From Saccostrea cucullata (taxonomy: Eukaryota): a stretch of 64,000 nucleotides of DNA. The notes under the pieces are model-generated. The model saw only the letters and a list, made by a program, of their open reading frames with translations, ran no database searches and was not told the DNA's origin. The DNA lies in assembly GCF_032062105.1 (NCBI RefSeq), contig NW_026940097.1:1-64000 (forward strand), given 5' to 3'. The position numbers were made by a program, and so were the translations under genes. Below, in pieces: positions 1-13,381 of this stretch (its first letter is position 1; every line of letters begins with the position of its first letter).

Positions 1-12
1 CTGTTATTTTAG

Positions 13-719
13 CCCATTGTCCACCAGGATACACTGTTTATCAGTACTTGTTCTTTGAGATCTGCTTGAAGTTTGTACCATCCTCATCTAACCATTCAGA
101 AGCAGATACCAATTGTTCTAATGAGGGCGCAGAACTACTAAAACTTGATTCATGGGAGAAGTACAACATTTTTAGAAGTCATATGCGTATGTACAATATA
201 GGATTTGAATTTTTATATAAGGAGGAGATGAATAAATGAACAACAATGAGCCTTCATCTCGATAAATATACGAATTCGTTAATCTTAATTATTATCTTTA
301 GAAAATTATGCTGTATCCATCTGGCACTTTTTGTTTTTACTGATATATTCTAAAGAGGTTCCCTTATCTGAATGTTCTTATAAGTGTTCTATTCTACGAA
401 TGTCAAAGTACACTTAGTATTCTTTTGCATTGTCAAAACGTTAAGAAAAGGTCATAAATATAACATTCAATTTTTAGTAAAACAAGGACTGTCCTACCAT
501 TATACTGTATGGCTTCAAGGAGAGGAGATTGATGACGCGTGGAGATTTCGTGATGGAACTTTTTTCACCTATAAATGTAAATTCTTCAGCCAGACGAATT
601 ATCCGAGGGAGACCCATTTGACGTCATCAAGTGAAACAGATTTCGCCTGCAATGACGAAGATCCTGCGAACGAACATCATCACGTTTGTGAAATTTATCG
701 TACTTTTAAAGGCTTTTAA
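13..719 (+). CDS. C-type lectin-like gene copy A, partial (exon 2 13-186, exon 3 478-719; exon 1 upstream of the window)
   Basis: AG at 11-12, donor GTATGT at 187, acceptor TTTTTAG ending 477, stop TAA ending 719. Spliced product HCPPGY..CLKF..A...C...GAELLKLDS..VWLQG..WRFRDGT..VCE fits a CTLD. Near-identical to 12740-13381. Confidence 0.9.
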
Positions 720-1321
720 TAAATTCTACTGCTTCAGTCCAAGAAAATGAACGAAACAACATTATTTTCAAGAGAAAACATTTTTTTTTGGAAAGCTCGT
801 AAGGTTTTCTTAGAAAATTATTCATGACCTGTTTCAAATATATTGTGGAAAACTTCTCATAAATGTGCATTTAATTACCTTTTTTCAATCAAACTGAGCC
901 TCATAAATGTGCATTTAATTACCTTTTTTTTCAATCAAACTAAGCTAGTTATTTATTAATTTTTTTTTTATATGATGCATTTTCCTTAAAGAGTTAACTC
1001 AGTTTCCATGATCATTTGAACTCTTTTTTTAAATAACCCTGCATATGTACTTTATTTAAAAGTATCTGTTCATTTATCTATTTATTATTTAAAGTACATA
1101 TACATTGAACATTGAAAGTAGTGGAATGAAGTCTAGATTTTTATGACCTTCTCAAAGTCTACTCTTGCAGTTTGGAACTATAATTTTTGTTCATTTTCAA
1201 TCTTATAGTGTTCCTTTTTCATACAACAGTTTGCAGCAATCTCTGATGAACACTATAAAAGGTACTAAAGCATCCTTCATCTTCTCTTCATTGTTAGATA
1301 CTTGGTTAGCGACTTTAGGTA

Positions 1322-2374
1322 GGGTGAATTCACCATGCATCGGATACCCTTGTACTTCAACAAGTCCTAGTGATATCTCTACCGACGGAAAACTATCAAA
1401 ATGGAGTTTAACATTTAGTATGTGATTAAAATATAAATTTTGGACACAATTATATGCTTTTTATTGAGAAAAAATTATAAAAAATCGAGTTTTTAAAAAT
1501 AACTCAGAATTCACCATGGATCGAACATTGTTTACCATGCATCGGACAGACGGTATTTGAATTGGGAAAATATAATACCTTCATGACAGTGCTTTGAATT
1601 CCTTGATATGGATAAACTTTCATCTCTTATCAAAGAAATAACCCTCAACTTAAATATAATTGACGATATCGTTGCACAAATGTAAAACGATTCAAGAAGC
1701 CTCACTTTGCCTTAGAAATTCTTAAAATGCTTGTAATGCGGTAATTCGCGCCTTTTTTCTCATGTGCTATCATACTGTGGTTTGTAGAAATAAATTGAGT
1801 CAGATTTTAGACCTCATATATGGATAACTTGTATTTTGACTGAAAATTTAGAGTTTTTATTTTCTATTTCCGACAAAAACAGCTGTCAGTAGGGTTCTGT
1901 ATCAAAATGGTCGTGATTACCTTTACATCGGAAAGTGTCCGATGCATGGTTAATTTGTGTCCGATGTACGGAGAAATGAACATACTAGTAAAAACCAGCT
2001 TTAAAAAGAATTATACAAATATCGAAGGGAAAATTCTTTAAAATTTATGTAAAGTTGCCAATCTTTGATAAAATTCACCAAAGTCTGATCTGTTCCGTTG
2101 AAGTCGAATTTTAAGAACGATAACTCTAAAAATTGCAAAATCATAAATTTCTGGTTATTCCCCTTTGATGATGTAAGATATGACGTAACTTCAAGGCCAT
2201 TATCGGAGTATTTTTATCACAACATGATAATAACAATCGGTATCATTAAAAAATTTAAATCTTCATCTTTAAGACAGAATCAAATAAATACACGGAACTC
2301 TTAAGTTGAAAGAGAGTTTATTACCTAAAGTTGTCCGAAGCAAGGTATGTGTCCGATGCATGGTGAATTCACCC
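1322..2374. mobile_element. Non-autonomous TIR element with TA target duplication (Tc1/mariner-pogo-like)
   Basis: Perfect 23-bp TIR GGGTGAATTCACCATGCATCGGA, TA on both sides, internal TIR-like repeats near 1507, 1531, 1935, 1957. The paralogous site near 13935 is empty with a single TA. Confidence 0.92.
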
Positions 2375-5004
2375 TATATAAAAACAATAAAAGAATTAAG
2401 AATTTATTTGATTGATTGGTGTTTTACGTTCCATACGTGATTTTTTTTACTCAAATAGAAACATCACCAAAAAAATTATAACATTTGTTTGGTGTCCATG
2501 ACCATTGAACAGTGATGAAAAATGATCTTCATCGTAATGAAGTCGATTCACGATTTCTTGAATTTTAAGGGTATCCGAAACATCCAAAATTTTCAAAGTG
2601 CCTAGGTCTTGGCGAATGGAATTAAAATCAATTTAATTAATTCAGCCACGTTTGGGTTGTGGACCCACGGCCTTCATATCACAGAGAGCTCATGACGTGA
2701 AAGAAACACGTGTACATGTTTATTAAAAAAAAAATAGGATAAGAAACAGCGACCTCGAGAATATATAAACATTACAATACTTCGAATAGGCACTAAGAGT
2801 TCATGTACATTGTGTCGATCAGGCAGAAGGCGATATCTGCATTGATATTTAGCATGAACATGATTGCTTCATATATTGTATGAAACAGAGGACATCATTC
2901 TGTCCACAGCGTTATTTTCGCCCCGTGTTATTTTCGGCCTTTCACACTTGCAAATACGTTTGTCCCGTTTTGAATTCGCCTAATCGCAGTTCTGTACAAC
3001 AAATTATACTGTGCTTTTAGAATACGCCCCGTTTTAAATTCGTCAACTTGTGAGCAAAGGAGCGAAAGTTTTCCTGTACAGAGTAAATGGTCGAAAAATG
3101 TCTGGAATAGTGTCTGAATGGCTGAGCTTGGTCATCCAATGAGGTTTCTGTTTACTGATTGGCAGACTGAGAGTATCATCCTGTTTAGCATGTCAGTTAA
3201 AATACAAAACTATGGTATTCATACAACATAATATAGTTAAAAATAATGATTTTAAATGATATCGTTAATATCTGTAAAGTTAACATAATTATTTCTGTTC
3301 TCATTTTTTCTAGAGTTTTTGGAATAAGTCCTCCTTCTGTTGAATATCAATTCAAATTAAATGAATCCTTACACTGTAGCTTAAAAAATTATTACATATG
3401 AGTCAACTGACCGAATAAAATAATATATCTTTTATGGTATATGACAAAAGGATTGGTCCTTTAATCATGATCACAAAAATTTTAAACCTTCAGATATATT
3501 CTACCTACAATTATACTATAAATCTTAATCTTACCATTATACATGAAACAGAAACTTTATTTTATCAACTTAACGGTTTCATAGCAGAGAGAAGTTATGA
3601 AGCTTGAACAACAGAACTTCTATATGACTGAAATGGAACTAGAATTCTTCTCAGATGGAGTCTCATGTTCTTCCAATTTCTAATTTGTCTTAAAATAAGA
3701 AGAAAATTATTGGAAGATGAAGAAAATCCAAATAAGGAAAAAAGTATGCAGCCATGATTTATTTGGATAACGGTCAGAGAAAATTGTAAAGTCTAGTAGA
3801 ATGCAGACTTTAAATCAACAGTATACATATCTCTTTGTCAAAGCTGATTCAAACCTGACAATATCAGCAATAAAAAGTAACCTTTATTTCAATTATTCAT
3901 AAGGTAATATAGGATATTTTAAAAAGAATTTGCTTATCAGTTGATGATAAATCACTTCTGGGGAAAATCACTCGATAAATCTACCCTAATTGGCTATTAA
4001 CAAATAATCATTACAATGATTTCGATACTAAATTATTTCTGAAAACAAAGAGGGAAAAATTGAAGCTTAACTTTCTTCATTTATATTGCATGTAGGAATT
4101 GAATTATACCTTATTTTCTATAATTGGTACAATAGACCTATCAAAATGAAATCAAACTAAAATCAAGTCTTTCAAATTTTTATTAAGCAATTCTATTTTG
4201 CAAATAAAAAACTGAAAATCTTTGATATTAAAAAAGCATTTGTATTTGTTTCATTATATTATATTATGTAACATTCCAACTGGTTTGATTCCACTGTAAT
4301 TTTTTTGCCAAAAAGAAAAAAATCATAAAATAAAAACAAAAGCAAATAAATAAATACAACAAACAGATATACATTGATGTAATGATAATGATAATGATGA
4401 AATAAATAAAATATTAAGACAGTACACAGTATTCAAGCTCAAAAGTCAATTAAAACAATAAAAATTAAGTGCAAAACTAAAGATGATCTCAAAAACATCA
4501 GGGGTTGAATGAGATATCCTGAAGGTGCTCGTTTTCATGATGGGGATACAGAATCTCCGTAGGTGTGAAAACTAAAATATTAATCAGTCAAAGGTGTGCA
4601 TGAAATTTATGAGGACCCTACACCCTAAACCAAAATTTGTGACATTTTGTTTCCCGGTATGAAATAAAATCATTAATTAATAAATATATAGTTATATAGT
4701 AAAGAGTTTTCGGTGGTTTTTATATCGGGTACTTGTCCTAAGGTTCGCCTTTTCAGGCGTCCTTAGCTACATATGCTTGTGGTAAACAATCTAATAATAA
4801 GATCGTCTTTTCTTTTGTTTTTGCTATAAGCTTTAATTGGTTCCGAGGTAAATATATTTTTTGCATCTCGTGTCTCTTTTCATTTCGTTCCAGTATTTTG
4901 AGGTGCGTTTTTCATCCGTTGATTCTCGGATTATATTTTGTTACCTTCGAAACAAAAAATACTACAGTTACATGTAATTATAGTTCACTTGAAAACTTTG
5001 TTTT

Positions 5005-5180
5005 AATAAAGTTAACACTTTGACACATTGAATTACTATAGTGAACACTTTGACACTTTGATTTACTATAGTGAACACTTATACACTTCAGTTTACTATA
5101 GTGATCACTTTGACACTTTGATTTACTATAGTGAACACTTTGACCCTTTGATTTACTATAGTGAATACTTTGACTTTGAT
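5005..5180 (+). repeat. 30-bp minisatellite, about 5-6 copies
   Basis: Unit TTACTATAGTGAACACTTTGACACTTTGAT repeated in tandem. Confidence 0.9.
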
Positions 5181-8100
5181 CTAAAAATAGATGAAACATG
5201 CGGTGTTATAAACAGTGAAAGCAAAGTAACGGATTCATTATGCATAAACCAAGAAGAATTGCTTTTAAGCAGACGCAAAAGAAAACAACAATCAACTCTT
5301 CGCCAAACAAGTAATGTCAATTTCATAGCAATGCAATGCAGCATGCAGTGAGCTCTATCAATGTTTGTATGGAGGAAATTCGAGTTAAAATCTACAACCT
5401 TGTTGAAATTAAAAAGTTATCTACAGGTGTACTTGCACTATTTACTGTGTTGGTGTTAATTTATATATTTGCTTTATTGATTTAAATGTATACACTGGCA
5501 ATTTAAAGCTTTGTTCTGAATTTTAGATGTAATGTCAAACGTTCCTTAGTGTTTTGAGTCTTGGGTAATTAGAAAAGATAACTCTTGAAAGTGGACTTTT
5601 CATACCAAATATTTTTTAAATTGGATTTTTCATTTCGTTTAAACATTCTTCATTCAATTTGACACATGTAATTCATTGAAATACATTCCTTGTGCCTTCA
5701 GATCTCATTTTCTTAATGTTTTATGCATAGATTAAAAAGATAATGACATTAATTGTTTTTTAGGAGAAAATTATTTTTTCAAATAAAATTATTATTAGGT
5801 ATTATGAGGTATTTTCACTGTGTGTACTTGTCTTTAGAAGATGCCGATCATTTGACACTGAAAGTTCTGAAATTCTGTTAATAATGAACTTGAAATGAAA
5901 CATTTCACTAAAATTAGACAAAAACTAAAAAAATCTATTAAAAATATTTATGATATCAATACCCCCATCTGGATATTTGACATCTACATTATAAGTGGTG
6001 CTGTATAGAAATCTAAAATAAACTGTTGATGTAATGAGCCACCTTAAGTCAGGTATGTTTATACAAAAAAGAAATATGGGTGGTAAAATAATGAGACCAA
6101 CAATTTTCGCCCCCTTCATTAGATATTTCTTAACGACTCAATGCTTTTAAATCCTACATTTCACTTTTTTGCCATACGTTTCACAATGGGCCTGCATCTG
6201 AAATATGAACTGACTTCAGGCACAGTGTCAAATTTTTTGAAAATTGTACTTGAAACAAATTCATGTGACTACATTCAAAATATAATGCATAATCCTGAAA
6301 CATAACAAGACAGTTTATGCAAACTATTTGTTTTTTTTAAATTTACAATAAACTAACTACATGTACTTAAATACCGTATAGCATTACTCGCGTAACTTAT
6401 TTTCATTTCATTTACAAACATTTTCGATTTACAGAAAAAATAAATCGTTGAGTATTTGATTTTCTTTATGAAAACAAATTAAAATAGCGAGTGCAAAATG
6501 CAAGAGAAAATTCAGACTTTGCACATTGATCGAAACGATTTTTCCCAGCAGTTACTTCCAGACCCACAATGCATCGCTTGTTTGAATTGCGTTCTCTCGA
6601 GAATAACAACAAAAGTTCAAAAAGAATTAACTTGCGTTGTTTGAATGGATATATTGCAGACAAATTGTCAATAAAACAGTTCTTTATTAAAAATAGCACT
6701 GTTCAGGCTTTAGGCTTTGTAATGTAATATGCATTCAAAATCATACGACGCTAAAGTCTAGAGGCACCAAATGGGCACATGCAGTTTGAAGAGCCCAAAT
6801 TGAATTGATATTGAAATAGGGATATGCGCTCGCTATTACGATCGCATCGTCAGCATCTTACAATTTTAAAAACATTTACAAATAGATAAATGGTGTTTAT
6901 TTATTCCTCAGGTAAATCACCTTTCAACAAAATTTACAGAAAATAGTTTTGTAACATTCTCTATAAAAGAAGTATTAATATCACATGAGACACGAGGGTC
7001 ATGAAAATAAAATCCAATTAGATTTGTATAAAAATCAAAGGTTTGTAAGAGCGGATCTAATTTGGAGTATTTATCTTCTTTTCTTGTCTGCTTTCATCGG
7101 CGGTTTTATGTTCATGAATATCAAAGCTTTTGATTTATCTAATTTGGAATGTTAATCTATTTTTTCATGCTCAATAACATCGGCAATTTGAAGTCTACAG
7201 ATTTTTTTGTCATAAGCTTAACTAATTAAATATTAAGTTTTATTTGATATGCTTACCCAGGTCGACAGAATTATGTGATTTTTCAAACATAATTAGTTTC
7301 TATGTTTAACACAAGGTTTATAATAATTATCAGTTCAGTCATACGTGGCGTTTATTGGGACTGTAATAGTTACTTGGAATAACTAAGTTAAACTCGCTTC
7401 TCTTTATTCATCGGTTTCCACTGAGTTATTATATAGTTGCATAAAACATTTTTTTGTATAAAGACGGTATTGATTTTTTATTTTTTGCATTTTAATTCTG
7501 CTATTGTGAACTTTTTTTCTTTGTGGATTTTTTTTTGGATTCCCGATACTTCATATCCTTGTTTGCAATGACTAAAGAAATATTTAAAACTGGTTGATTG
7601 ATTTTTTAGGCTGAAATGGCGCTATTTTAGCAATATTTTGGCGCGAAATTATGTTATTTGATCGGTATTAAGAGTTTTATGGTTCCTCTGGCGCCCCCCC
7701 CCCCCAACCCAAACCCCTCTCAGTGAGGGGATAGCTATTTGAAGAAAAAACTGGGAAAAATATAATTAATTACTATGTTTTATATTTTTTCCGAAAACCG
7801 GAGAAAGGGTCTTTTCTCTGCAAACATAGTACCTATTCGATAAAAAAAAAAAAAAAAATATAACCCCCCCGGAAAATATATCTTTTTATATTTTCATCTA
7901 AACAAAATATGTATCTTAATTTCGAAGTGCCGAAGTAATTCTTTTTTACCAAATAATGTCTCCATATAAGAACCTAGCATAATAATAATAATAAAACACC
8001 AGATTTGTTTTTATGGGTTCATATCATGACATCTATTACGTACAAAAAAAGGGCGTTTTTTTCTAATATTTTTTTTAATTGTCCCTGTCGGTTGTTCGGA

Positions 8101-8590
8101 TGAGACCGTATTAACCGAAGTCCACTGTCGCAGTAGGTGCTGGCACGAAACTGAACTATTCTTGAAAGGAACGTTAAACAAACAAAGATGACCTTCCGAC
8201 TAAGCTTCCCTTACCTACAAAACTTTAAAAACATTTGCTAAAATCAAAAATATATAAATGTGCAGGTACGTAGCCAAAGTGTGGAGGGGAGGGGGAGGGG
8301 AGGGGGGCCTGTCCATTTACTTTCCACACATAACTTGTACTATGGAAAATGTTAATTGAAAGGCTGATTGCCATCCCTCCCCACAAAGCACACTTTTAGC
8401 TCGAGTAAAAGTAAAATAAGGGCAATGCAGCATTGTATGAAAAAATGTCGTACTGAAATAATTTGGTATTGATAAAGCTGGCTATACCGGTATAGTATAC
8501 TATAATTGCCTTACATGTCATTTAATAATTAAATAATGTATTTTTTAACAATGGCATTATATCGACCATAGACGTTAAAAGTAAAATAAA

Positions 8591-8852
8591 AACAAGATGT
8601 GTTTGTGAAACATTATGCGCGCTGGGTCAACAAAGTTCGAAAAAAAAAATATTTTTAGCATATATGTCAAAGTGAAGGTCACAAGGTCATTGAGCTTTGT
8701 GTATTTTTAAAGAACTCAAAAGTTTCTATCTTCTAAAAGTTTCTATCTTTCATGGTTCAAAAGTTATTGCGAAGGTTATAGTTGACACCACACAGACGAA
8801 CAGACAGTACAAAAAGAATATACGCCTCGGATCTATCAATCCGGATGCATAA
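8591..8852 (-). mobile_element. Short non-autonomous Helentron/DINE-like element
   Basis: AACAAG end, AAGGTCA motifs, ACAG-type microsatellite remnant, terminal hairpin around 8822-8850. Confidence 0.55.
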
Positions 8853-9445
8853 TAAATATTCAATTAATAGTTAAAACAGATATAAGCCCTTATAGATTGA
8901 GGTATCCAATGTATAACGACCATATGTTGTACCTAATAAATGGTCTGGTCTGGATATTTTTAATCATGTAGCATTTTGAAGATGATCCACCAAAGGAATT
9001 TACAAAATTTTAAAAATTGTCCAATTAATTTCACTTTGAATTTTACAGTGAAGTCTATGGGCAGCAAATGTTTTATATGATATTGTAAAATGTTATTTGA
9101 ATTTAAAACAAATCTCTTGGTGAAAATATGCGTAAATTCCCTCTGAATTAAACTATGAAATAAGATGTATTATTTACTGCAAAATTTTGACAAATAAAAA
9201 ATTTTCTTCTTTTCAAGGGCAGAAACTTTTAATGTGCAAAGTGACTGTGTCAGTACATATTATCAGACTTGTGAATTTGGTTCATTTCACGTTTATCATT
9301 ATCTAGCAATGTGTTTTGAATTAGTTTAAAATTATGTAAAGTTCTTCAAAATCCCTTCATTATACGTTAAATAGCTTACATCTTCACCTTGCGCGCACGA
9401 AGAATGCATTCCGGTTTCCAAGTCATGTAAATGTTAGCATAAATA

Positions 9446-9547
9446 GTCACGTGTGTCACACAGTTAATTTGTTCTGATTGGTCCAAGCAGTGATCTTGAA
9501 AAAGAAAGAAACAAAAATCATTATATGCTGTCAAGAAATTATCAGTC
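9446..9547 (+). promoter_or_regulatory. Candidate core promoter of lectin copy B
   Basis: E-box CACGTG at 9448, inverted CCAAT (ATTGG) at 9477, Inr-like TCAGTC at 9542, about 20 nt before the ATG. Confidence 0.35.
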
Positions 9548-9562
9548 TTTCAAACAAGAGGA

Positions 9563-12500
9563 ATGAAACCTATTTATCAATTGTTTTGCATAAAACTGTT
9601 ATTAACAATTGCAGATTTTCTTTTTCTCGTAAAAGCAAATGACAAACCCTTTCAAAATAACTGTGAGCGTTGGAAAGCGATTAAAGTTACCAGTCCACCA
9701 ACTTCATCTTGCCTCCAGAAGAACAAAACTCAAAGTATTTCGCATTGCTTTTATAATTGTCTATCATATAAAGTACACATCTATATGATAAGCTACAACA
9801 TCGATGAGAAGAACTGTCTGTGCTGTGCTGACTTCCCTGGCAATGTTTCTTATGATCTCAAATGGAAATCTTACATGCCTCGTAAGTATTATTGCAGTTT
9901 AAACCATTTATATTTTCACAGTTTCCCCCTATTATTTATCTGTACAAAATTATTTTAACAAGAACTAGAAATGTGCTACTTTTACATTCATTTTTTTTGT
10001 TAAGATGTGGTTAAAAAAGAAATCTATCTAAATCCTGATTGTCAGAACACAACCAATAAGATGAATTTCTTGATGAAATCGTAAACGCTATTCGAAAAAA
10101 ATCCATCCATGCTGATTTTTTCCTCAATATATGTATAACATTGGCAGATTTTTTTTTTTGCTTAAAATGTTAAAAAAAACATAATATGATATAAAACATA
10201 ATTTTCATTAATGAAAAGGGGAGACAGAATAAAAACCAAATATATACTTTTCTATTTAAAAGAATTAGTACAAACGACACATTTACTTAGAGCTTATGAA
10301 ATAATGACTTCAAACAAGAGTTTTGCAATTCTTGTTCCATCATGTCTAATAAAATATCATAGTTTCTTAAGGATAGCACAGAACTAAAAAATGTGTTGGC
10401 AAAGATATAAGCTAAATAACCTTTCAAATTTCGACGTTATATTTAAATACACTTAGAAAAAATGTTTAAAGTTTAAACAGTTTTGTAATCCAAAAATTAA
10501 GCAAAGTAAAGACTTTTACTTTCCCTTGTACCATCTTGATTACCTATAGGATATTTCTTTTTTTGAAAAAAAAAAACATAAATATGTATATATTTTGTTT
10601 AAAGTCTAAATTTTTATCTATCATTTTACAATATCAGTAAAATTCTTTATCTGTTATATTCTAAATGATATCAAAAAAGACTTAATATTTTCTTTCGAAT
10701 AATGATTGAAATTGGATCTTTAGACATTACCATAAAATGAATAGAGCAATTAATTGAATTTTCATGCAGATAATTAATTTTTTTTTTTCATGTTCCATGC
10801 TACCCCTTTTCAGGGCATAGGCGGGGAAATTTATATGGAAAAATTAAATGAAAAGAAAAATATACTTTTTATTTAATACCAGGAAATAATTTGCATGCAT
10901 GTATTTTTTAGATTATTTTAAGCTATATTAGCATAATAAACGATCTCCAAGCATTCCAGTTCTTAACCCCATACAGCCATAAACACACTCATTAATCTTG
11001 ACATCTGCAAAGATTTTCGATATAAGATGACGTTTCCTGTGCCAGGTGATTCTTATTTTAGGCCTCTCGTTTTATATTATAAACAGAATATTATTTACAG
11101 GTTTTAAATAGGCTACAATTACCAATATATATCCTTTGTTTAACCTTATTCATTAACTTGATGATTCTTATTAATATAAATTTTAATAATTCTTTTATTA
11201 CAGGTTAAGTAAATTTTACAAGAGATTACTTGTTGTTCTTTCACACATACACCAAATAAATCTTCTTTTTTAAATATAAATAAAGGATATTTTTTGGCTT
11301 TCTTTTATTCGAGAGCGTGACTTTTAAAGTACACAAAATATTTGGTAAGAGTAAAACAAATTTCGAAATGGGCCTATTTACTTGAAATTTTAACAATTAA
11401 AACGCGAATTCTACTCAAAGCAGCAGCACTTTCCAGAAAGTACAAAGTATGCAGAAATAATTAATAGTTTGAATTTTTAATTTTAACTAGGGTATGTCCT
11501 TGCGATATTGAAATGTGTTAGTGACCTACATTCAGTACACGTACTATGCATTCATCACATGACTGTCCATCGATGAGACCAAATCTCGTACAGTACAGAG
11601 TAGGTTATACTTTGCTACTTCCATAAGTTTTTAAGTTCTGTGATAATAAAACAGCTAAATAAAAATAAATTTAGTTTAAAAAATCCCGTTTTTTCACTTG
11701 CATTTTCCGTCGATTTCTCATATAAAGCCTTAACAGTGCTGCGTAACTCTTGTAGAATTTTGTTTGCTTAATAACAAAGTTTTGGGTAGCTGCAATAATG
11801 TAGCCCTCTCCCTTTTTTGGAGAGAGCTACAATTCCTGAAGATCTCTGTAATAGCGGAAGCGATTCACTCCGGCACGGATTTCGGCTCAAATTGTCAAAA
11901 ACCGATCATTTATTAAAATGTCTTACCCGGACATCCAAAATGTAGTTATCCAAGACATAAACCGATCCGAAAACACACAAAACAATGCATATATCGGTTA
12001 TTTTTCGTGTATGTCAACATCACAACTTAAATTTATCCGCCATGTTTACTGAGCGGATTTCTTTGGAATTACCTTTTTTATGTCTAAATATCACTGTTTA
12101 CGAAAAAATATCACATGAAATGATTCTATTTATCAATGTTTAGTGATACTATTCATCACAATTATTTATAAACACCGACAAGTGCTTTATTGAGCTATTC
12201 TAAATTTTAAGCGTAAGCCTCTATATGTCATGCGTGAACTGCCATGGCTGCTAAGTAGACCGACAGGTAAACAAGCAGATTTATTTTACATGGTTTTAGT
12301 GTGTAACGGGCTATGTTATCGACAGTGAATAAAAATTTGTGTTATTAAAAGTAAGTTGATTGTAAAAACAATTTATTCTGCCTGCAGTCGCCTGCTTTTA
12401 AAATATAATTTTGCACCATTATGCAGATGCTGTGGATGTGTAGACTTCTCCAGAAAACATCAGATAACAAAGTCGGAGAGGGCTACATTTTTGGAGCTAA

Positions 12501-13381
12501 GCTTCTTGTAATATTTCGTTTAAAGTCCGTATATTAATAAAACTTATTTGTTTTGTAACAATTTCATATTACAATCTATCTATCAATTCATTCATCTATT
12601 CACAAATCAATCAATTATCAATCAATAAACCAGTTCATTTATCTATGCAACCCTCAATTAATCAATATATCTATCAACCATAAAAAAAATCAATCAATCT
12701 ATCAATCAAAAAATGAATTCATGTTTTCTGTGATTTTAGCCCATTGTCCGCCAGGATACACTGTTTACAAGTACTTGTTCTTTGAGATCTGCTTGAAGTT
12801 TGTACCATCCTCATCTAACCATTCAGAAGCAGATACCAATTGTTCTAATGAGGGCGCAGAACTACCAAAACTTGATTCATGGGAGAAGTACAACATTTTT
12901 AGAAGTCATATGCGTATGTACAATATAGGATTTGAATTTTTATATAAGGAGGAGATAAGTAAATGAAGAATAATGAGCCATGATTTCGACAAATATACGA
13001 ATTTGTTAATCTTAATTGTAATCTTCAGAAAATTATGTTCTTATAAGTTTGCTGTTCTACGAATGGCAAACTACACTGAGTATTCTTTTGCGTTATCAAA
13101 ATGTTGGAAAAGGTCTTAAATATAACATTCCATTTTTAGGACAACAAAGACTCAACTACCATTATACTGTATGGCTTCAAGGAGAGGAGATTGATGGCGT
13201 ATGGAGATTTCGTGATGGAACTTTTTTCGACAATAACTGTAAAACCATCAGACAGACGAATTATCCGGAGGAGACCCATTTGACGTCATCAAGTGAAACA
13301 GATTTCGGCTGCGATGACGAAGATCCTGCGAACAAACATCATCACGTTTGTGAAATTTATCGTACTTTTAAAGACTTTTAA
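9563..13381 (+). CDS. Secreted PAN/apple-like + C-type lectin domain protein, copy B (exons 9563-9881, 12740-12913, 13140-13381; 244 aa)
   Basis: Hydrophobic signal peptide; exon 1 has C-x3-C...SYN-x5-CxCC. GT/AG junctions (GTAAGT 9882, GTATGT 12914) are all phase 1 and join into an open 735-nt frame. Confidence 0.9.
11787..12499. mobile_element. Non-autonomous TIR element with TAG..CTA ends (Academ-like) in intron 1 of copy B
   Basis: About 25-bp imperfect TIR: TAGCTGCAATAATGTAGCCCTCTCC and GGAGAGGGCTACATTTTTGGAGCTA. No clear TSD. Confidence 0.6.

Noticed and set aside
5005-5180. CRISPR-like periodicity here and in the 166-bp arrays
   Set aside because: Head-to-tail repeats with no unique spacers and no cas genes, in eukaryotic DNA.
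4978-5351. Overlapping ORFs with 10-aa repeats (YYSEHFDTLI / SVHYSKSKCQ)
   Set aside because: By-product of a 30-bp minisatellite that is open on both strands; no other gene evidence.
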